A stretch of 64,000 bases of DNA from the human T2T-CHM13v2.0 reference genome, Homo sapiens. Below the pieces are notes generated by a model. The model was not told the DNA's origin, made no database searches, and worked only from the letters and a program-made list of their open reading frames with translations. The position numbers and the translations under genes are program-made. Of the stretch, positions 58,622 through 64,000 are shown in pieces. The DNA lies in assembly GCF_009914755.1 (NCBI RefSeq), contig NC_060932.1. One strand, written 5' to 3'. Each line of letters begins with the position of its first letter. Within the stretch, counting starts at the first letter, position 1.

Positions 58622-58729
58622 CTATTGATAGCCCTATTACGACTCCTTTTCCTCCGCCTCTCAAAGTGCTGTTCATCTTCAGAGGAGGAAGATGAAGTCG
58701 AGTCACTACTGTGGATTGCATGCCTTCGC
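58622..58729 (-). CDS. ATAD2: ATAD2 coding exon 9 (108 bp)
   Basis: TTTAG|G acceptor, AG|GTAAGT donor; encodes RRHAIHSSDSTSSSSSEDEQHFERRRKRSRNRAINR, in frame with the next exon. Exon numbering is recalled. Confidence 0.95.
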
Positions 58730-61457
58730 CTAAAGTAAAAAACAAAATTGAAATCATGATAAGGAAGGGCAGGAAAAAGAAAAGGCATAAGAAAAGCATC
58801 AGAAATACCTAATGCTCCAAAAAGTTTATCATAAAATTAATACATCTGCTGACCCACTGACATAAACTTTGTTCGCTGAATCTTTCAAATGGAATAAAAG
58901 ACTTAAACAACTGAGAGGAAAGGAAAAAAGACTAAAGACTGTGGCAGAGCTGAATATCAAATGTTCATGGAGACAGGAGAAGGCAGGGTGACTTCTTAGT
59001 CTTGATATAAATCAGTTATTCTCAAAGAGAAAGGTGGGATTAAGAGGGTATTAGAATATTTGGGGCTGGGTGTGGTGGCTCACACCTGTAATCCCAACAC
59101 TTTAGGAGACCGAGGGGGAAGGATCACTTGACAGGTGTTCAAGCACAACGTAGCGGGACATTGTCTCCACTAAAAATCATTCGAGCAACTTGGCAAGATT
59201 TGGTCTCTACTAAAAATCAAAAAGCTTAGACAGGTATGGTTGTAGCACATCTGTTGTCCCAGATACTCAGGAGGCTGAGGTGAGAGATTTGCTTGAGCCT
59301 GGGAGGACGAGGCTGTAGTGAGCCATGATTGCACCACTGCACTGCAGCCTGCTGGGTGACAAAGTAAGCCCCTGCCTCTATCTAAAAAAAAAAAAAAAAA
59401 AGTATTTGGGACTGTAATTTGAAACTATTTTCAATATTACACTATACATAATATTCACATTTGGGAGGAAATCACCTACTTTAAAAAATCAAATAACTTT
59501 TTTTTTTTTTTGAGACTTCGTCTCGCTCTATAGCCCAGGTTGGAGTGCAGTGGGATGATCTCAGCTCACTGCAACCTCTGCCTCCTGGGTTCCAGTTGAG
59601 CAATTCTCCTGCCTCAGCCTCCCGAGCAGCTGGGATTACAGGTATGAGCCATTGTGCCCAGTTAACTTTTTTTTTTTTTCGATAGAGATGGGGTTTCACC
59701 ATGTTGGCCAGGCTGGTCTTGAACTCCTGACCTTGTGATCCGCCCGCCTCAGCCTCCCAAAGTGCTGGGATTAAGGTGTGAGTCATCACGCCCGGCCAAA
59801 AATATCAAACAATTTTAAAAGAAGGACATGAGATTTTATGTAAACAAAAGGGCATCAAGAAAGACTTTTTAAATGCTGGGAAACAGTGATGAATAAGATG
59901 GCCTTTTATCAACAGTATACCATCCACTGTAAATTCACAACTGTCACTTAACAGCTGTGTAAATGTGGATGAGTTACTCAACCCATAAGTTTTCTTGCTC
60001 ACAAAAAAGAAAAAAATACTATCAAATACTTAGGCTGGTTGGTACTATTAAATAAGATGCCAGATATTACAAATATACAAGAAAATTTTTAATCACTTCT
60101 ACCTTTGAATGGTTGCAAAAGACTCACAGAAAAAACAAAGAGTCTGGTTGGGAAGAACTTTAATTATTCTACTTGCTCAGGGTCTAGAACTTTTCTGAGT
60201 CAGAGTGCAATGATGGTAAGTAAGTATTTCCAAAAATACAAAAGGTTCACAATCTATTATCTGCATAATGTAGTTCCAGAAACGTGTATCAAAAAAACTC
60301 GGAAGTTATTCCATTATTCACTTGCAGCAAATCATAACCTGACATAGTACAAGGCAATTTTTAGTTTCTATTTTGTCCCACTTACTATGATTATTCATAT
60401 GTTTTACTACAGAATTATTAATTAATGTATTTGACCACACAGTGCTGGCTTGGAGACCCTAGAGATGTTAATGTTGCCACACTACATATGTTGTGTGTTA
60501 TCTGTAAATCCAGCCAAAAAGTCTGAATTCTGAAACACAAATGGTTTTCCAAGGGTTTTGGATAAGGGGTTGTGGAAACACAGAAATAAATGAGAAAATA
60601 ATCTTTCACCCATCCACCTACCCAAATACACCAAGACCATCTTTGTGATCAGCCTGAAACTAAAATTATTATATCCAGTACAAGTCTGCAACTTTATATG
60701 AAAAACTAACTTATTCATTATTACCATGAATATTAGACTTTAATGTATTCACATAATTTTATGTGAACTCACTATGTAGTCACAGAATTCAGACTAACCT
60801 CCCAATTAATAAAAAAGACTAACATTAACTGACTGCTTTCTGTACCATGTACTTGATATAGTATTTAATCTTAATTAAAATTTTGGAAAAGTGGATTATT
60901 AGTAGGCTCAATTTACAGTTAGGGCCAGTGTGGCTTCCAGGTTAAATAATTTACTCAAAATATCAGAATCTGTCATTGATAGTGTCAGAATTCAAACCTA
61001 TATGTTTATTCAAAAAATCTGCATTCTATACATTACTATACTGATGATTTCCAGTTTTTTAATTTCATAAACCAATAAAGTTAAAAGCAAACAATAACAC
61101 AACCTGTGGACCAACATGAAATTTCTGACATTTGATTTGCAAAATGGAGATTATTTTTAAACATCGAAGTACAGTTATAATAGCAAATACATACCGCACT
61201 TAATGTATGGCAGACACTATTTTAAATGCTTTACATGTATTAACTCATCTAATTCTCACAATACTATGAGATAGGTCCTACTATCCTCACTTTACAGATA
61301 AAAAAAAAACTGAAACAGAGTTAAGTAACTTGCCAAAGGCCGCTAATAACTAGTAGAGCTGAGCTCCAAGCCTAGACAGTCCTAGTCATGGGCCCAGGTT
61401 CTTAGCAATTACTCTATACTGTAGAAAGGTCATTACTTCAGTTTAAAAACATTGTAA

Positions 61458-63990
61458 ACACTATTCCACAAGGTAGAGAAAGAGGGAATCCTCCCCAAAT
61501 CATTCTATGAAGTCAGTATCACCCTAATACCAAAACTAGGAAAGGACATAACCAAAAAAGAAAACTATAGACCAACATCCCTGCGAACATAGATGCTAAA
61601 ATCCTTAACAAAATACTAGCTAATCGAATCCAACAACGTATCAAAAAAGATAATCTACTATGATCAAGGAGGTTTCATACCAGGGATGCAGGGATGGTTT
61701 AACATACTCAAGTCAATAAATGTGATACACCACATAAACAGAATTAAAAACAAAAATCACATGATCATCTCAACAGATGCAGAAAAGGCATTCAACAAAA
61801 TCCAGCATCCCTTTATGATTAAAGCTCTCAGCAAAGTCAGCATACAAAGAACACACTTCAATGTAATAAAAGCCATCTATGACAAATCCACAGCCAACGT
61901 AATACTGAATGGGGAAAGGTTAAAAGCATTCCCTCTGAGAACTGGAACTAGACAAGGATGCCCACTCTCACCACTTCTATTCAACATAGTACTGGAAGTC
62001 CTAGCCACAGCAATCAGACAAGAGAAAAAAATAAAAGGGTATCCAAATCAGTAAAAAGGAAGTCAAACTGTCTGTCTGCTGATTATATGATTGTGCACCT
62101 AGAAAACCCCAAAGACTACTGCAAAAAACTCCTAGAACTGACAAAAAAATCCAGCAAAGTTTCAGGATACAAAATCAATGTACACAAATCAGCAGTAGGT
62201 CTACTATATACCAACAGTGGCCAAGCTAAGAATGAAATCAAGAACTCAACCCCTTTTACAATAGCTGCAAAATAAAATAAAATACTTAGGAATATACCTA
62301 ACCAAAGAGGCAAAAGACCTCTACAAGGAAAACTACAAAACACTGCTGAAAGAAATAACAGATGACACAAATAAATGGAAGCACATCCCATGCTCATGGA
62401 TGGGTAGAATGAAAATTGTGGAAACGACCATATTGCCAAAAGCAATCTACAAATTCAACATAATTCCCATCAAAATACCAGCTATCATTCTTCACAGAAC
62501 TAGAAAAAACAATCCTAAAATTCATATGGAACCAAAAAAGCCTGCATAGCCAAAGCAAGTCTAAGCAAAAAGAACAAATCTGGAAGCATTACGTTACCTG
62601 ATTTCAAACTACGCTATAAGGCCATAGTCACCAAAACAGCACAGTACTAGTATAAAAACAGGCACACAGACAAATGGAACAGAATAGAGAACTCAGAAAT
62701 AAAATCAAATAACTGATCTTCAACAAAGCAAACAGAAACATAAAGTGGGGAAAGGACACCCTATTCATCAGATGGTGCTGGGATAATTGGGTAGCCACAT
62801 GTAGGAGAATGAAACTGGTTCCTCATCTCTCACCTGATACAAAAATCAACTCAAGATGGATCGAGGACTTAAATCTAAGACCTGAAACTATATAAAAATT
62901 CTAGAAGATAACATCAGGAAAACCCTTCTAGACATTGGCTTAGGCAAGGGTTTCATGACCAAGAACCCAAAAGCAAAAACAATAAAAGCAAAGATAAACA
63001 GGTGGGACTTAATTAAACCAAAGAGCTTTTGAACAGCAAAAGGAAGAATCAGCAGAGTAAAAAGGCAACCCACAGTATGGGAGAAAATCTTCACAATCTA
63101 TACATCTGGCAAAAGACTAATATCTAGCATCTACAACGAACTCAAACAAATTAGCAAGAAAAAAACAATCCCATCAAAAAGTGGGCTATGGACATGAACA
63201 GACAATTCTTAAAAGAAGATATACAAATAGCCAACAAACATATGAAAAAATGCTCAACATCACTAATGATCAGGGAAATGCAAATCAAAACCACAATGTG
63301 ATACCACCTTACCCCCGCAAAAATGGCTATAATCAAAAAATCAAAAAATAATAGATGTTGGTGTGTATATAGTGACCACTTCTACACTGCTGGTGGAAAA
63401 GTAAACTAGTACAACCACTATACAAAACAGTGTGGAGATTCCCTAAAGAGTTAAAAGTAGAACTACCATTTGATCCAGCAATCCCACTACTGGGTATCTA
63501 CCCAGAGGAAAATAACTTATTATATGAAACAGATACTTCCACACGTATGTTTATAGCAGCACAATTCGCAATTGCAAAAATGTGGAACCAACCCAAATGT
63601 CCATCAATTGAGTGGACTACTACTCAGCCATCAAAAGGAATGAATTAATGGCATTTGCAACTACTTGGATGAGATTGGAGACTTACTCTAAGTGAAGTAA
63701 CTCAGGAATGAAAAACCAAACATCGTATGTTCCATGTGTTCTCACTAATAAGTGGGAGCTAAGCTATGAAGATGCAAAGGCATAAGAATGACACAATGAA
63801 CTGTGGGAACTCAGGGGGAAAGAGTGGGAAGGGAGTGAGGGATAAAAGACAACAAGTTGTGTTCAATGTATACTGCTTGGGTGATGGGTTCACCAAAATC
63901 TCACAAATCACTACTGAAGAACTTACTCATGTAACCAAATACCACCTGCTCCCCAAAAACCTACGGAAATAAAAAATTTAAAAAAAAAAG
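61458..63990 (+). mobile_element. 5'-truncated L1PB (L1PB1-like): RT-region ORF2 remnant plus 3'UTR
   Basis: MQGWFNI..., [33 protein letters not shown], with frameshifts; L1PB 3' end GGGTGATGGGTTCACCAAAATCTCACAAATCAC...AATAAAAAATTTAAAA. Confidence 0.92.
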
Positions 63991-64000
63991 AGGAAAAGAG

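Noticed and set aside
60090-60350. Possible additional ATAD2 exon in unique sequence (donor-like AG|GTAGAA near 60102)
   Set aside because: No ATAD2-like peptide recognised; the recalled exon 8 sequence is absent and lies beyond the window
61686-62275. Reverse-transcriptase-like ORFs
   Set aside because: Frameshifted, 5'-truncated L1PB ORF2; not a functional RT

Overview
Human genomic DNA, recognised from the encoded protein as the ATAD2 locus (chr8q24.13 from memory). ATAD2 (AAA+ ATPase plus bromodomain) lies on the minus strand. I traced 20 consecutive GT-AG coding exons by hand (exons 9-28 by recalled numbering); they join in frame from ...RRHAIHSSDS to ...VENFSCSR-stop (58729 down to 18231), followed by a ~1.3 kb 3'UTR. 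The 5' exons lie beyond the right edge. The introns hold the MADE1 hairpin annotated as MIR548D1/MIR548AA1, a processed DUT pseudogene, a 3'-truncated U6 retrocopy, Tigger/MER/MIR/L2/L1 relics and dozens of Alus. Downstream (1-16.7 kb) is repeat-dense: an old L1M, an ERVL pol/dUTPase relic with an LTR33-like LTR, MLT1 LTRs, and a young 5'-truncated SVA with a 17-bp TSD. I found no new gene system, and most ORFs in the track are repeat artefacts. The most unusual observations are an Alu carrying 58 nt of foreign MLT1-like sequence inside a perfect 18-bp TSD (candidate Alu 3' transduction or template switch), a target site hit three times around the DUT retrocopy, and a strong TAG/AAG bias at ATAD2 splice acceptors. 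Repeat subfamily names are by-eye calls and repeat boundaries are approximate.
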